Shown piece after piece: positions 24,968 to 38,369 of a DNA stretch of 64,000 nucleotides. The notes under the pieces were generated by a model. That model did no database searches. It was not told the origin of the DNA and was given only the letters and a program-made list of their open reading frames with translations. Every line of letters starts with the position of its first letter. The stretch's first letter is position 1. Made by a program: the position numbers and the translations under genes. Origin of the DNA: Mobula hypostoma (lineage: Eukaryota); the NCBI RefSeq assembly GCF_963921235.1, contig NC_086097.1, positions 237,524,001-237,588,000 of the forward strand. Reading direction: 5' to 3'.

Positions 24968-25278
24968 GAAGGGTTAGCAGAGTGGTTAGCATAACATTAT
25001 TACAGTACCATTGATCTGGATTCATTCCCTGCTGCTGTCTGTAAGGAGTTCTTGCGTTCTTCCCGAGACCATGTGAGTTTCCTTTGAGTGTCCTGGTTTC
25101 CTCCCACATTCCAAAGACATGGTTTAGGGTTAATGCGTAGTGAGCATGCTATGTTGGGAAATGGAAGCGTGGTGACACTTGTGGGGTGGCCAATACAATC
25201 CTCGCTGACTGGATTTGATGCCAATGATACATTTCACTTATGTTTCGATGCACATGTGACAAATAAAGTTAATCTTTA
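24968..25278 (+). mobile_element. tRNA-derived V-SINE (HE1-like)
   Basis: A box tagcagagtgg, B box gattcattccc, V-domain gtttcctttgagtgtcctggtttcctcccaca, aataaag tail. Confidence 0.75.
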
Positions 25279-25407
25279 CAGTAAAGCCCCAACTGCACAA
25301 CCAAATGGATTCAAAAGATCCCAGGGCATCTGTATGGAAATTTCTAGCACAGATTATCTTCATTTTGTCCATTCCAGCCAAATGCAGATCTATTTAGAAC
25401 ACAAGAG

Positions 25408-25595
25408 GTGCTAAGGATGTTGGAAATCTTGAGCACCACACACAAAACACTAGGGGAACCCAAGAGATCAGGCAGCATCAAAAAGGAAATAAAACCATTG
25501 ACATTTCACACTGATTCCAAAACATCAACTGTACAATCCTCTGCATTTATACTGCCTGACTTGCTGAGTTCATCGACCATTTTGTGTATGTTGCA
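25408..25595. mobile_element. Old inverted pair of Penelope terminal repeats
   Basis: acacaaaacactaggggaacccaagagatcaggcagcat ... tactgcctgacttgctgagttcatcgaccattttgtgt. Confidence 0.55.
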
Positions 25596-26061
25596 GGTTT
25601 ATTTAGGTTCTGCCCACTTCTCATATCCTGGTCCAAGGCCTTAAGATTATGGATCTTTATGTGGCCCCACTTCATCTCCATAACTTTAAAACGTGTTCAG
25701 GGCATTTGTCTCAACCACTCTTTCAATCATTAAGTTCCAGACTCTCTCTGCTTTTTGATTGAAAACATTTTCTTCAACCTTTTCTGATCCTTCTTCTGAA
25801 ATCAATAAATCCTAATGATTGCCCCTTCTGCTATGAGTGTCCATGATTCCTTATTTTGAGGATGATCTTTATTAGAAATTGACACGTGTGTCCTGAATTG
25901 TCTCAGGATCCTAACTCGATAAACTCATGTCCATCAACAGAAGATACTAATACTCTTGGCAGTGATGTTTCCTTTCTCTCTTTCTCTCACTGTTCAAGGG
26001 CACAGCACTTCTTTTCCAACTATGCACTGTCTGATGGAGGAAAGTCTCGCTCCTTACAGCT

Positions 26062-27082
26062 TTGGGGAGAGAGGAGGTGGTGAAGGGAAAGTAGGGGGAC
26101 AGAGGGGAGAGAGAGAGGGAGAGAGGGGGGAGATGGAGGGAAATGGAGAGGGATGGGAAGGAGGGAGAGATAAGAGAGAGGAGGGAGGGGAGAGAGGGGG
26201 TAGAGAGAGGGAGGAAACAGAGAGATGGGGAGAGAGCGGGGAAGAGAGTTGGAGAAGAGAACAGGGGAGAGAGAAGGAGAAGAGAGAAGGTGAGTGAGAA
26301 AGGGGAAAAGGGAGATGGAGGGGGGAAGGACAAAGAGGAAGTGAGGGAGGAGATGGGGAGATGGAGGGGGAGGTGTGGGAAATATGGGGAGATGGGGGGA
26401 AAGGGGGAGAGAAGGAGGAAAAGGGGTGGGGAGAGGGAGTTAGAGAGGGGGACAGAGAGAATGGTAGAAATGGCAAAGAGGGGTGAGAGAGGAGGAAAGA
26501 AGGCATAGAGCGGGAGGGGGAGAGAGAGGGGAAAGAGATAGAGCAAGCGAGAGAGAGAAACGGGGGAAGAGAGAGAGAGAAAAGACAGGAGAACATAAGA
26601 ACATAAAAAAATAGGAGCAGGAGCCGGCCATCTGGCCCATCAAGCCTGCTCTGCCATTTAATAAGTTCATGACTGATCTGACCATGGACTCATCTCCACC
26701 TACCTGCCTTTTCCCCATAACCCTTAATTCTCCTACTATGCAAAAAACTATCCAACCTTGTCTTAAATATACTTACTGAGGTAACCTCCATTGCTTCATT
26801 GGGCAAAAAATTCCATGGATTCACCATTCTCTGCAAAAAGCAGTTCCTCTTCATCTCCGTCCTAAATCTATTCCCCTGAATCTTGAGGCTATATTCTCTA
26901 GTTCTAGTCTGACTCATCAGTGGAACTAATTTTCCTGCCTCTATCTTATCTATCCCATTCATAATTTTATACGTTTTTATAAGATCTCCTCTTAGGATGG
27001 GGGAGTGAGGGGGAGAAGGTGAGAGAGGAGAGGGGTGTAGAAATGGAGACAGAAGGTGGAGAGGGAGAGATAGAAGGGAGAA
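26062..27082. repeat. Long polypurine tract interrupted by a minus-strand CR1 3' fragment (~26590-26995)
   Basis: G/A tract on both sides of the CR1 piece (ORF RGDLIKTYKIMNGIDK; tail agaacataagaacata). Confidence 0.85.
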
Positions 27083-28514
27083 AGCATTCTTGGAGTGAAA
27101 TGGGACTTCCCTGAAACTCTTCATTCATATGTGCGTGTGTGGAAAGAGAAAGGACACTCATATGGAGAATGTGAAGAGGGATCACGGACCAGGTGTCTGT
27201 CTGAAAGTTTTGCGTGGTTAGAACCTGGAAGTGGAGAGAGCTGGTGCTGAATATGACTTACAGCAGGTTGGTGCTGTGCTAGCAGAACAGTACTGTCCCA
27301 GAAATATGTACCCACCAGATAGTACATGTATAACAATAATAAGATCTAGCTTCCTCCACAATACAAGCAGCCAAAAAATTCCACAAGTTTTTATAAAATC
27401 TAGAAATGCAAAATATTTCTGTTTCAGGCAAAGTCAGTTTTCACCTTTCCCGGCATCAGGCTGACAAGAAAGACATGTCTCTGCATTTCCAGATATTCAC
27501 CATATCTATTACTGTACTGACCCTGCAAGTTACCTTCTCAAAAAAAAAGACACACATAAGAAAGATAATTTAGTTACTTCTGGTATCCTCGACAATAAGT
27601 ATTCCCCACTCAACATGACAGAACAACAGATTGCTCATTATACTATTGCAGTTTTTGCAAGCTTCCTAAGCATAAATCACACCACTTCAAGAAATAATAC
27701 ACAATACACAGGGCGCAAAGTACTTTGGGACGCCACTAAAAGGGTTTCACTGTAAATCAAGAAAGTTTTTCCTTTTTTTCTACAAACTGTAATTACTGGG
27801 AATTGACCAGTCGACAAACTGCATGAAGTACCTTTGGTTCATTCCTCTTTTCAAAAGAACAAAGAAGAAATCACAGTGGGCACTAATAGATGTACATCAC
27901 TGGGTTATTTGGAGGCTTTGCAGTCATGACCAAATATATCATGAAAGTAGTTCCCGACAGCTTCAAATGAAGACATTTTTATTTCAGGGATAACACATCT
28001 TAGGCTCTTTGTTTTGGCCAACTGATTAAAAAGCTGGAAGACTTTATGCAGGTAGCATTTTTATGCCCAATGAATTCCAGCTGATAAACAGTAACAGTAC
28101 ACATTTATGAATCTAGTCAAGTTTCATCTAGGCAGCCCAGATGGAAAGACCTTTTCACTCTGATTTTAATATCCATGCTAATGAGAGAAAATAATCCAAA
28201 TTTTCTACAAATCAGATTATTCTTCAGATATAACAATCTATAGAAACCATCACAATATATTTTGGATTTGTACTGTGATTCAGGTTTTATTAAAACAAAA
28301 ACAAAAGCAAACCCAAGTTGAAAGCTAATTTTTCAAGTCAGCAGAGATGCCTGTGTATTTTTAAACTGTGGATACTTTGAGAATTGCAGTAATCAGCAAT
28401 TTGAATGGATGGAAATCACCAGCTGCCTCATATGTGCTTTGAGGATCTCATGCCATAGTAACAGAACAGAATCACTGACAGAGAGTATGTTGTGAAATTT
28501 GTTGCTTCACAGGG

Positions 28515-28524
28515 GGTAGAGTGA

Positions 28525-28573
<49 letters not shown>

Positions 28574-28745
28574 AATAGGAGAGAGTGTGAGAGTGAGACA
28601 GAAAGAGAGGGAGAGACAGAGTGAGAGAGAGAAGGAGAGGGATAGACAGGGAGAGAGGGAGAGACAGATGTTGAGGGAGAGGGAGAGCTCGATGGAGAGG
28701 AAGACAAGAGGGGGAGGGATAGAGAGAGAGATTGAGCAAGAGAGA
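28515..28745. repeat. (GA)n-rich microsatellite / low-complexity tract
   Basis: Read directly. Confidence 0.9.
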
Positions 28746-29469
28746 TTTGTCTCAACCTTTGTGGTTTTGACCACCCACGAAACTATAGCATTCACAACAC
28801 TTTCCTCAAATAGGTTTCAAATAGTCAAAAATTTTGATTGTAGGGCTATTGGAAAAATTACCCCAGAAAGAACACTTAAGTTATGTACACAAACAAAACT
28901 GCTATGTTGAAACAGGAAACAGGTACTGGGAATATTTTTAATTTACTTCCCAAAGTGGAAGGTACAGCAATACAAATATGTAATTCCACTGAAATGGACT
29001 TTCCAATTCAAAACATTATGGAGGCAAAAATAGTAACATCATTGCAAATATTCCTGTCATTTCCAACAAAAATATTCTGAAACACCATAAATGTTTATGC
29101 AGCCCATAAGATTCTTTACCGAGATGTAATTAACCAAAAAGCAAAAGAAGGGTGAGAGCTAGTGAAACAATTGAGAGCTTAGAGTTTTGAAGTTTTTGAA
29201 AGAGAGGAGTGAGATGACAAGTAGAGAAAGTTCAGGAACATAGAACATAGAAATTTACGGCATATTACAGGCCCTTCAGCCTACAATGTTGTACCATCCA
29301 TATAACCTACCCTAGAGCCTGCCACGAATTTCCCTAGGTTATTGTCCTCTATTTTTCTTAGGAACAACTTAAATAAAACATAGCACTTAGGCTATTGAAA
29401 GGACAAGGCAGTGCAACTTGTCCAAGAGGAATATCGTTACTTAAAATGGCAATGATGTTTACAAGAGAT

Positions 29470-30312
29470 TAAATATAAAGATTAATTTTATATGTCGCAG
29501 GTACACTGAAACATATATTGAAGTGCATCATTTGCGTCAATGAACAACACATTTTGAATTAGGGGCAGCCGTGTATCGCCATGCTTCCTAAAATCCTACA
29601 AAAGGTAATGGGTTCGGCCCAGTACATCATGGATAAATCTCTCCCAACCAGTGAGCACATCTACGTTAAACACTGTCATATGAAAGCAGCATCCATCATC
29701 AGAGATCCCTGCCACCCAGGCCATGCTCTTTTCTCGCTGCAGTCATCAGGTAGAAGGTACAAGAGCTTCAGGACTTGCACCACCAGGTTCAGGAACAGTT
29801 ACTAGTCCTCAACCATCAGGCTCCTGAACAAAAGGGAATAACTGCACTCAACTTCAGTTGCCTCATCATTGAAATGTTGATCTTGCTGTAAGGACTCTTT
29901 ATCTCTTTAGCTCATGTTCTTATTATTTATTGCTATTTATTTATATTTCCATTTGTGCAGTTTGTCGTCTTCTTCAATCTGGTCGATCTTTCATTGATCC
30001 TGTTACACTTACTATTCAATAGATTTGCTGATTTTGTCTACAAGAAGATGGATCTCAGTGTTGTATGTGGTGACATATATGAACTTCGATAATAAAATTT
30101 ACTTTGAACCTTGAATTCTGGCGCCAAAAGAGCATACCCACAATTTAGTAACCCTAACTCGTAGGTCTTCAGAAAATGGGATAAAACCAGAACATGCAGA
30201 GGAAACCCATGCGGTCATGGTGGAGAACATACAAGCTCCTTACGGACAGCGGTGGGATTTAAATCTGACTTACTGGCACTGTAATAACAGATGTTAACCG
30301 CTGTGTAACTGT
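29470..30312 (-). mobile_element. V-SINE (minus strand) split by a plus-strand Rex1-derived insertion (~29590-30115)
   Basis: Both halves are homologous to 24968-25278. The insert encodes [19 protein letters not shown]. Confidence 0.7.
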
Positions 30313-30389
30313 TATACTACCATGCTGCCAGAGCAAGAGATGGGGGCAACAGGACAAATAGACCTGGTGCTATATAAATAATGACAGTA

Positions 30390-31610
30390 GAATCAGAATC
30401 AGATTCAATATCATCAGTATATGTTGTGAAATTTGTTAACTTTGTGGTAGCAGTACAATGCAATACATGATAATATAGAAAATAGATGAATTACAGTAAG
30501 TATATACATATATTAAATAGTAAAATTTAAAAATAGTAGTGCAAAAAGAGAAATTTTTAAAAAGTGAGGTAGTCTCAAAAAGTGAGGTTCCGCAGGAGGA
30601 GGAGATGGCAATGTGCCGCGCGCGCGCAGCTCTCCGGTGAAATGATATCGTTTCTGTTAAATAGGGGCCGTGGACAATTCTGATTTGATGGAGACAGACG
30701 TGAAAGCACAGAGGAACATCTGGAGAAACTTCTGAAATGCCTGGTTCGCTGCTGTCGTTACTGTGCAATCGAGAATCTTCCGGAGGGAAGGCCCCAAAAT
30801 CCCCGGCTTTGCCTGCTGCTGGAGACCAAGGCTGAGGTCGAAACGTTTGGATAGAGATGGTGCTCGGTACTCGGTGTTGGAGGGCTGATCAGAGACTCGA
30901 AGTTTTCGGACGACTCAGAGTCGGACTGTGGTCGGGCATGGCAGGGAGAGTTTTCTTCCTTCTCCCGTCTGTGTGAGATGTGGGACTTTCGAGAAACTTT
31001 GAACTTTTTTACTGTGCCATGGACTGTTCTTCATCAAGTTATGGTATTGTTGCACTGTTGTAACTATATGTTATAATTATGTGGTTTTGTTAGTTTTTCA
31101 GTCTTGGTCTGTCAACTGTTTTTGTGATATCACACTGGAGGAATATTGTATCATTTCTTAATGCATGCATTACTAAATGACAATAAAAGAGGACTGTGTA
31201 TCTTCATAATCTAAAAAAAATTGGATGGCAGGAGGGAAAAAGCTGTTCCTGAATCGCTTAGTGTATGCCTTCAGGCTTCTTTACCCCTTCACTGACGGTA
31301 ACAATGAGAAGAGGGCAAATCTTGGGTGATGGGGGTCCTTAATAATGGATGCTGCCTTTCTGAGGCTCCTTGAAGATGTCTTGAATGCTACGAAGGCTAG
31401 AACCCATGATGGAGCTGACTAATTTCACAACTTTCTGTGGCTTCTTTTGATCCTGTGCAGTAGTCCCCCCATACCAGACGGTGATGCAGCCTGTCAGGCT
31501 GCTCTCCATTGTACATCTGCAGAAGTTTACCAGTATTTTAGGTGATGAACCAAATCTCCTCGAACTCCTAATGAAATAGCTGCTTCGTGCCTTCTTTATA
31601 GCTGCGTCAG
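30390..31610 (-). mobile_element. Rex1 3' fragment interrupted by a non-autonomous element (30586-31220)
   Basis: Tail agaatcagaatcag on the plus strand; ORF 31339-31638 (FCRCTMESSLTGCITVWYG). Confidence 0.75.
30586..31220 (+). mobile_element. CpG-rich non-coding retroposon, ~630 bp
   Basis: Starts ggaggaggagatggc (YY1-like), retains many CpGs, ends caataaa...aatctaaaaaaaa; no ORF with recognisable domains. Confidence 0.6.
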
Positions 31611-32289
31611 TAAAGTTGATTGATAAAATCACTTTCATAAAGGTTAACTGTGGAGCTGGTAATGCAAGGAATTAGGCTTTTTGATAAAAGATTATCTGAG
31701 ATGGGGTCAAGAGTATGAGCTGTCAGAATGGTAGAAGTAGCAATCTTTGCAGTGATATGACACAAGTTTGGAAGCAGAACTCGATGATGAATAAAATGCC
31801 AAATTAATGCTCTGATTTAGTTATATAGTCATAGAGCACTACAGAACAGAAACAGCTCCTTTGGCCCATACAGTCCTGGCCAAACTTATTTATTTATTGA
31901 GATACCACATGGAATAGGCCCTTCCACCCCTTTGAGCCATGCCGCCCAGTAGCCCCTGATTTAACTCTAGCTTAATCATGGGATAATTTACAGTGAGCAA
32001 TTAACTTATCAACCGATATGTCTTTGGACAGTGGGAGGCAACCGGAGCACCCAGAGGAAACCTACGAGTTCATGGGGAGAATGTACAGATATGCTGCCTG
32101 GAATTGGACAGGGAATAAAACAAGATGAGGAAAATGTTTCTGATTTGGACCATGGAGGGGAAACCATTTGCAGAAAATGTAACAGTCAATCGTATCAATA
32201 ATTTCAGAAAGAGAAGAATAATTGTAGAGCAAATTGTTATTTTATTTAGGAATATTCCATTACTGTGGCAACGTAGAACCAGAGACTAG

Positions 32290-32722
32290 TTCAATCAGGG
32301 TGGAGGAGCAACACCTCATATTCTGTCTTGAATATCAATTTCTCCTTCCCTTAAAAAAATTCCCTCCCCCTCCCTTCTTCTTTTATTCCCCACTTACTTG
32401 TTCTCACCTGCCTATCACCCTCCCCCGGTGCCTCTCCTCCTTCCCTTTCTTTAATGGTCCACTCTCTTCTCCTATTAGATTTCCCTCCAGCCTTTCATAC
32501 ACACCTGGCTTCACCAATCACCTTCTAGCTGTCCTCCTTTCCTTACCCCCATCCTCTCATTTAGTTGTATTCCCCCTTGCTTTCCAGTCCCGAAGAAGGA
32601 TCTTTGACCCTAAACTTTGATTGTTTATTCATTTCCACGGATGCTGCCTGACCTGCTGAGTTCCTCTAGCATTTTGTTTGTGTTGCTTTGGATTTCCAGC
32701 ATCTGCAGAATTTCTCCTGTTA
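32290..32722 (+). mobile_element. Penelope 3' fragment, degenerate
   Basis: RVEEQHLIFCL (end of GIY-YIG), pyrimidine-rich UTR, decayed hammerhead ccagtcccgaagaagg and terminal repeat. Confidence 0.75.
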
Positions 32723-33399
32723 GTTAGTGACAAATCTAAGTAAGGACTTGAGAGGAGCAGTTTCAAGATCATAAAAAGATAAAATCAAAAATAAACACAA
32801 AGGTTATAAGTGTTAAAATTAAAAATAAAAATGTGAGAAACACAAAGTTTTGGCTGCTCTGCCAAAAGGAAGAAAATTTCACTGAACACAGTTCAGAGAA
32901 GGTTCAATACGATGATTGCGATTTTGGAGATTGTACTATGAGTAAAGATTTACAATGTTGGACCTCATTTGCTGGAGTTTCAAAAAATACTCAAGAGGCG
33001 ACCTTATTGAAACATATAAGATGCTTTTTGAAATACATCAAATTCTTCAGGCTTGAGACAGGATAAACACTGAGCTGCAGTCAGACATAATTACTATTGG
33101 AATCATTGATATAAGCAAGATGCAGCCTTAAAGCTACTTCTACTGAATGCACTGGTATCACAAGCAATTATCAGCATTGAAATCAGAAGGTTCAGCTGCG
33201 TAAACAAACACCACTGCCTCGAAAGAAGAGCAGCTGTGAAGTTACACAGCTGGGAGCCACTTGACAGAAGTGATCTGAAAACCGATCAACATATTATACA
33301 AGGCTATGATTGTTTTTACGGCGTGTTTGTGTATTTATTCAATATCAGGACAGAGCAAGTGTGACTACATCATGAGGCATTTCTGTACAGTTGGCCAAA

Positions 33400-34110
33400 G
33401 GTATTTGAATATGTCTCACGAGGAAAGCTTGAGTGAGCTCAGGCTTTTCCCTTTGAAGAGAAGGAGGATAAGAGTGACTTGGTTGAAGTGTGCAAGACAA
33501 GGGGCACAGATTGAGTGCATAGCTAGAGACTGTTTCCCAGCGCAGAATTGGCTAATATGAGAATCAGAATCAGGTTTAATATCACCGGCAGATGTATTGA
33601 TCTTTGTAAACTTTGCGGCAGCAGTACAATGTCCATTCAGAAATCGGATGGCTGAGGGGAAGATGCTGTTCCTGAATTGCTGAGCATGTGCCTTCAGAGA
33701 ATGTACCCTCTTCTTGATAGTAGCAATGAGAAAGGGCATGCCCTGGGTGATGGAGGTCCTAAATGATGGACGTCTTTTTGAGGCGCTCCTTGAAGATGTC
33801 CTGGATACTATGGAGGCTAGGGCCCACGATGGAGCTGATGATGGGCTATAAATTATGGGACAAAATTTAAGGATGATAGGAAGAAAGTATAGATGAGGAT
33901 GCAACAAGTATTTTTTTATTAATCAGATTTGTGAGTATGTGGAATGGAGTGGTGATAGAGACAGATACATCAGGGACATTTAAGAGACTCTTAGACGGGC
34001 ACATATGGATCACAGGGGGAAAAAGTACTCTGTCGGAGGGAAGCATTAGATTGATCTTAGGGCTGATGCAACTTTCCGAGCCGAAAGGCATGTACTGTCC
34101 TATATTCGAT
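33400..34110 (+). mobile_element. CR1 3' fragment with a nested minus-strand Rex1 tail (~33560-33840)
   Basis: SHEESLSELRLFPLKRRR; ggctaat/ggctat at the borders of the insert. Confidence 0.65.
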
Positions 34111-35455
34111 ACTCAAACCTATGCACAGGCTAAGGGAAGATCCTGATGGCTTTTATGATTAGCCAGCTACATCTATAGCTGTAGGTGCCAAATCTATGTA
34201 GTTGCTGCAGCATATGTACTCTGGCTCTGGCCTCAGAGTAAAGGCAAAAAGAGCAAAATACATACAGTATGTGCCACCATGTACTACCCTGGGATTCAAT
34301 TTCATGCAAGCATTTACAGGAAAATAAAGAAATAGAATTGAATTTATGTGAATGCAACCTAATTATGTAAATTGTTTATTTTCATAAACAACGACTGACA
34401 AACAGACAATGTCCAAAAGAAGAAAAAAAAATCACATAAATAATAGAAGCAAACCCAAGTGGAACAGAGGTGAGTGGGCATTTCAAAGCACTTCCTTGTC
34501 AATCAGCTTACAAGCCTGGTACGATGGTTCACTCAATAGCTTACCGAGCTGCCTGGGTGTTCGTGAAGAGAAGACATACTCCAGTAATTTTCATAGACTG
34601 CTGGACCTTAGAATGTTCAAAAACAGGATGGATATGGACATATCCTTCCTTTAGTTTTGTTATAATTCTGAATTTTGCCCCTTGATGTTGGCATTTCTTT
34701 TTTCAATCCTCTGATTTTACAGCCAGAAAGAATAAAGGTAGTATGGAACTTGCGATCTGATTCAAACCCAAAAGTGATGGGCATCAGGTGTATAATGGTA
34801 CCCAAGACATCCTCATGAATGTCATCCTTGAACTTGACAGATTAAAAGTAAAGGCCACACCAAGAAGTCTAGACAGCTATAGGCCAGGTAATAAAGAGAG
34901 ATCTGAGAGAGTGGTTGAATAAGTGGCTTGCTATACAGATATTGTGGTGACTGAAAGGCCAGGTGTGTTGCTGTACCACTGAATAATTGTTGGTATAAGC
35001 TTACAGCGGCTGGAAGGAGTCATGTGAGGAATGAATCTAACAATCTTAAAGTCAGGCATCAGAAGATTTAGCTGTTGAAATCTGACACTTCTCCTTTTGA
35101 GGCTGCATCGTAGTCAGAATGATGGAGAACGTTAATACATTTCATAAAGTGTGCAGTTTAGCAAACTACCTCAAAGATTTGTCATATGTTCATTGATCAA
35201 GTAATGGTCTTACAGCACAGGAACAGGCTCTTTGGCCCATCTGGTCTGTGCCAAGTCATTAATCTACCTAATCCCATCGAATATAGTCCTCCATACCACT
35301 CTCACCCACTGATGTAAATTTCTCTTAAATGCTAATACTGAAATTGAACCTGCATCCTCCACCTACATTGGCAGCTCATTCCACCCTCTCACCACCCTAT
35401 GAGTGAAGAGGTTCTCCCTCGTGTTCCCCTTAAGCATTTCCCCTTTCACCCTTAA

Positions 35456-35697
35456 TGTTATGTTTTGTAACTCCAAAACATAAAACTAATTTAAAGGAAA
35501 AGACAGAGAGTGTGATGAGAGCCTAGCTTCATTTTTACTTTAAGCGACGCACCTTTCTCACATGGCAGCATGATAACGTATGCTATTCACGTACTTTGTA
35601 AAAATAACCATAATGATTTATATAAACAACAAAGAATGCTTAATCAAACACCATACTTAGAATATTACTCAAATATTACTGAAGTATTAAAAACACA
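35456..35697. mobile_element. Solo LTR, 242 bp, inserted in a minus-strand CR1 (~35205-35950)
   Basis: TGT...ACA ends; 5-bp TSD cttaa/tttaa; removing it restores the CR1 sequence cccttaac(a)catgacct. Confidence 0.7.
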
Positions 35698-35974
35698 TTT
35701 AACACATGACCTACAGTTCTAGTCTCAACCAACCTCAGTGGAAAAAGCCTACTTGCATTTACCTTATCTGTACCCCTCATAATTTTGTATACCTTTATCA
35801 AATCTCTCCCCCCCGCCCAGTCTTCTACGCTCCAGGGAATAACATCCTGATGCTTTCAGCCTTTCCCTGTAACTCAGGACCTCCAGTCCCAGTAACATCC
35901 TTGTAAATATTCTCTGTACTCTTTCAAACTTATTTCTACCTTTCCTCTAAATAAAAAATATATAGGTCTATACA

Positions 35975-36752
35975 CAAGAACATGAAAGCAAGGATGTAAT
36001 GTTGAGGCTTTATAAAATCCTGGTGAGTCCTCACTTGGAGAACTGTGAACAGTTAGGGGGGCCCTTATCTTAGAAAGAATCCCCTGATGTTTGAGAGGGT
36101 TCAGAGGAGGTTCACGAAAATGATTCCAGGATTGAAAGGCTTACAACCTGAGGAGAGTTTGATGGTCTGGGTCTGTACCCACTGGACTTCAGAAGAATAA
36201 GGGTGACCTCACTGAAACCTATCGAATATTGTAAGACCTCGATAGAGTGGATGTGAAGAGGATGCTTCCTATGATGGGGGAGTCTAAGACCAGAGGACAT
36301 AGGCTCAGAATAGAGGAGCATCCTTTTAGAAAGGAGATGAGGAGAAATTTCTTTAGCCAGAGAGTGGTGAATCTGTGGAAATCATTGCCCCAGGTGGCTG
36401 TGGAGGCCAAGTTATTGGGTATATTAAAGACAGAGGTTGATTTATTCTTGATTAGCCAGGGCATGAAAGGACACAAGTCTGGGTGATCAGAAAAGAAATC
36501 AAATGATATAGAAGGTCATATAGAGAGATATGGGTGAAGATAAATCTCTACCAAAGGATGTGTAAGGCGCTACTTCCTTCCACTGGTTACCCTTGGGCAA
36601 AAGGGTACCATCTGGTTTGCCCCTTGACCAGGGTCACCTGGATGAGGCAGGAAATTGGGGCTGAGTGTGAAAATGCATCAGCCATCATGAAATAGTGGAG
36701 AAGACTCGATGGGCCAGATGGCCTAGTTCTGCTCTTAAATCTTATGGTTTTA
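35975..36752 (+). mobile_element. CR1 3' fragment with a small nested RTE-SINE piece (~36540-36640)
   Basis: ORF 36247-36486: KTRGHRLRIEEHPFRKEMRRNFFSQRVVNLW. Confidence 0.8.
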
Positions 36753-37042
36753 TTTCAAAGAAACAAGCTAAATTTCCGGTGAACTTGGTTTAATTGAAAA
36801 TAATGAAATGTTGCACGGCTGATTCAGGACTTCAGGATCTGAGTATAACTGAGAGCCCAGAATGAGAACCAACACAACATAAAGACAAGAGACTTTGACC
36901 AGAGACACAAAATTGTCTCAAAGAGACGGTTGAGAGGCTGTGTAATTTATGTCCAGGTTAGGAGCTGAGACAGAACTCTATCATAATGCAAGATGAAAGT
37001 CTGGGTGGTTAAAAAGGAGAATTAAATGAGATAAATAGATGT

Positions 37043-37398
37043 GGGGGGAAATATGTCTCTACCAAAGGAGATGTGAAGCACTCCTTCCCTCTGCTAGCCT
37101 GCAGGTCACCCTTGGGCAAGGTGTAGCACCTGCTTAGCCCCCTTGATCGGGGTCATGTGAAGCCATTGGAGCAGGTTGTGAATGGTCGTATGAGCAGTTG
37201 GTATATATCACAAATCCTGAGTATGCGACCATTCATGCTGGGCAGACAATCTCTGAAGAGAATTGATAATGGCTGGGGTCACCCTTCTTGAAAAGACACT
37301 GACAGAAGAAGGCAATGGCAAATCACTTCTGTAGAAAAAACTTGCCAAGAACAATCGTGGTCAAGATATGTCATACAACACAGCACACAATGATGATG
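37043..37398 (+). mobile_element. RTE-related SINE / non-autonomous element; other copies at ~43765-44360 (-) and ~56205-56420 (+)
   Basis: Bov-B/RTE-like motif gaaggcaatggcaaa(c/t)cact, (TGA)n tail, several homologous copies in the window. Confidence 0.65.
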
Positions 37399-38164
37399 GT
37401 GTTAGATTTTCCAATCTGAGATGATATAGTCAAAATGTTTGAACTTGCAATAATCAACGAATGTTATAACCTAGGTGTCATACAACACAGCACATAATGA
37501 TGATGAGGAGAAGGTCAGTGCAAGTACACTTTCTAGGATCCACTGATAGCAATGATAATTACAAACACAGATTGATACAATAAATACACTGAAGATTGGA
37601 GATTTCTTAGTGAATACCCTTTTGTTTGAAAGGTTTACCAGCTGAGCAAGTGAACTTCACTTCTTTCAACTGTTTTTAAAACTCATTTTCACTCAGCAGA
37701 ACTGACTGATAACGTAGCTTTTGGAGTGTCCATCTTCCAAGTAGACCTTTGCCTTCAGGCTTCTTTTCTCTCCCCATACAACCTGTGTTGCCTCAGTCTT
37801 ACTGTGTATTTTTCTTCTATTTTGCCTTATTTTCAAGTCATTGTAAAATGTACATTTCTCCTTCTATTCCCAGGTTGTTATCACAGCCTAAGGCCATGTC
37901 TTATGATTGAAAATGTTATGATATGGCAACTATTTTCTCCATCTTACAGAAAAGTTTTGTTGTTAATTATTTACCACAGAATTAGAACTGAACGTTATCT
38001 GCTCCTCAATGCTTCTCTTTACGTGGCCATTCCAATCAAAGCTGATTCAGTCACTTTCACCCCTTTATAGAACATACAACATCGAGCATTCAGGACAGGA
38101 CCAGGCCCTTTGACCCTCAATGTTGTGCCAAACCAATTAAATTATTCATCAAATGGCTAACTAA

Positions 38165-38322
38165 AACGAGAAAACCAGCAGATGCTGAAAATCCAAAGCA
38201 ACTCGCCCAAAATGCTGGAGGAACTCATCAGCCCAGGCAGCATCTTTGGAAGTGAATAAACAGTCGATGTTTCAGGTCAAGACCCTTCTTCAGGACTGAA
38301 AAGGAAGGGGGAACTTGTCAGA
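38165..38322 (-). mobile_element. Penelope terminal repeat with hammerhead motif (38261-38298)
   Basis: Minus strand: CAGTC CTGAAGA AGGGTCTTGACCT GAAAC ATC GACTG. Confidence 0.75.
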
Positions 38323-38369
38323 ATCATTCATCTTATACACTTTGCCTGTGACGGCATTGATTTTTCTGG

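Noticed and set aside
25947..26718. Long Pro/Ser/Leu-rich or Glu/Arg/Gly-rich ORFs (also 19734-20164 and 28428-28910)
   Set aside because: Artefacts of stop-poor polypurine/polypyrimidine tracts.
34460..35050. Coding-looking stretch, possible processed pseudogene
   Set aside because: No recognisable protein in the frames I translated. Faint DIVVTE and GVLLY motifs suggest an ancient LINE remnant, but support is insufficient.
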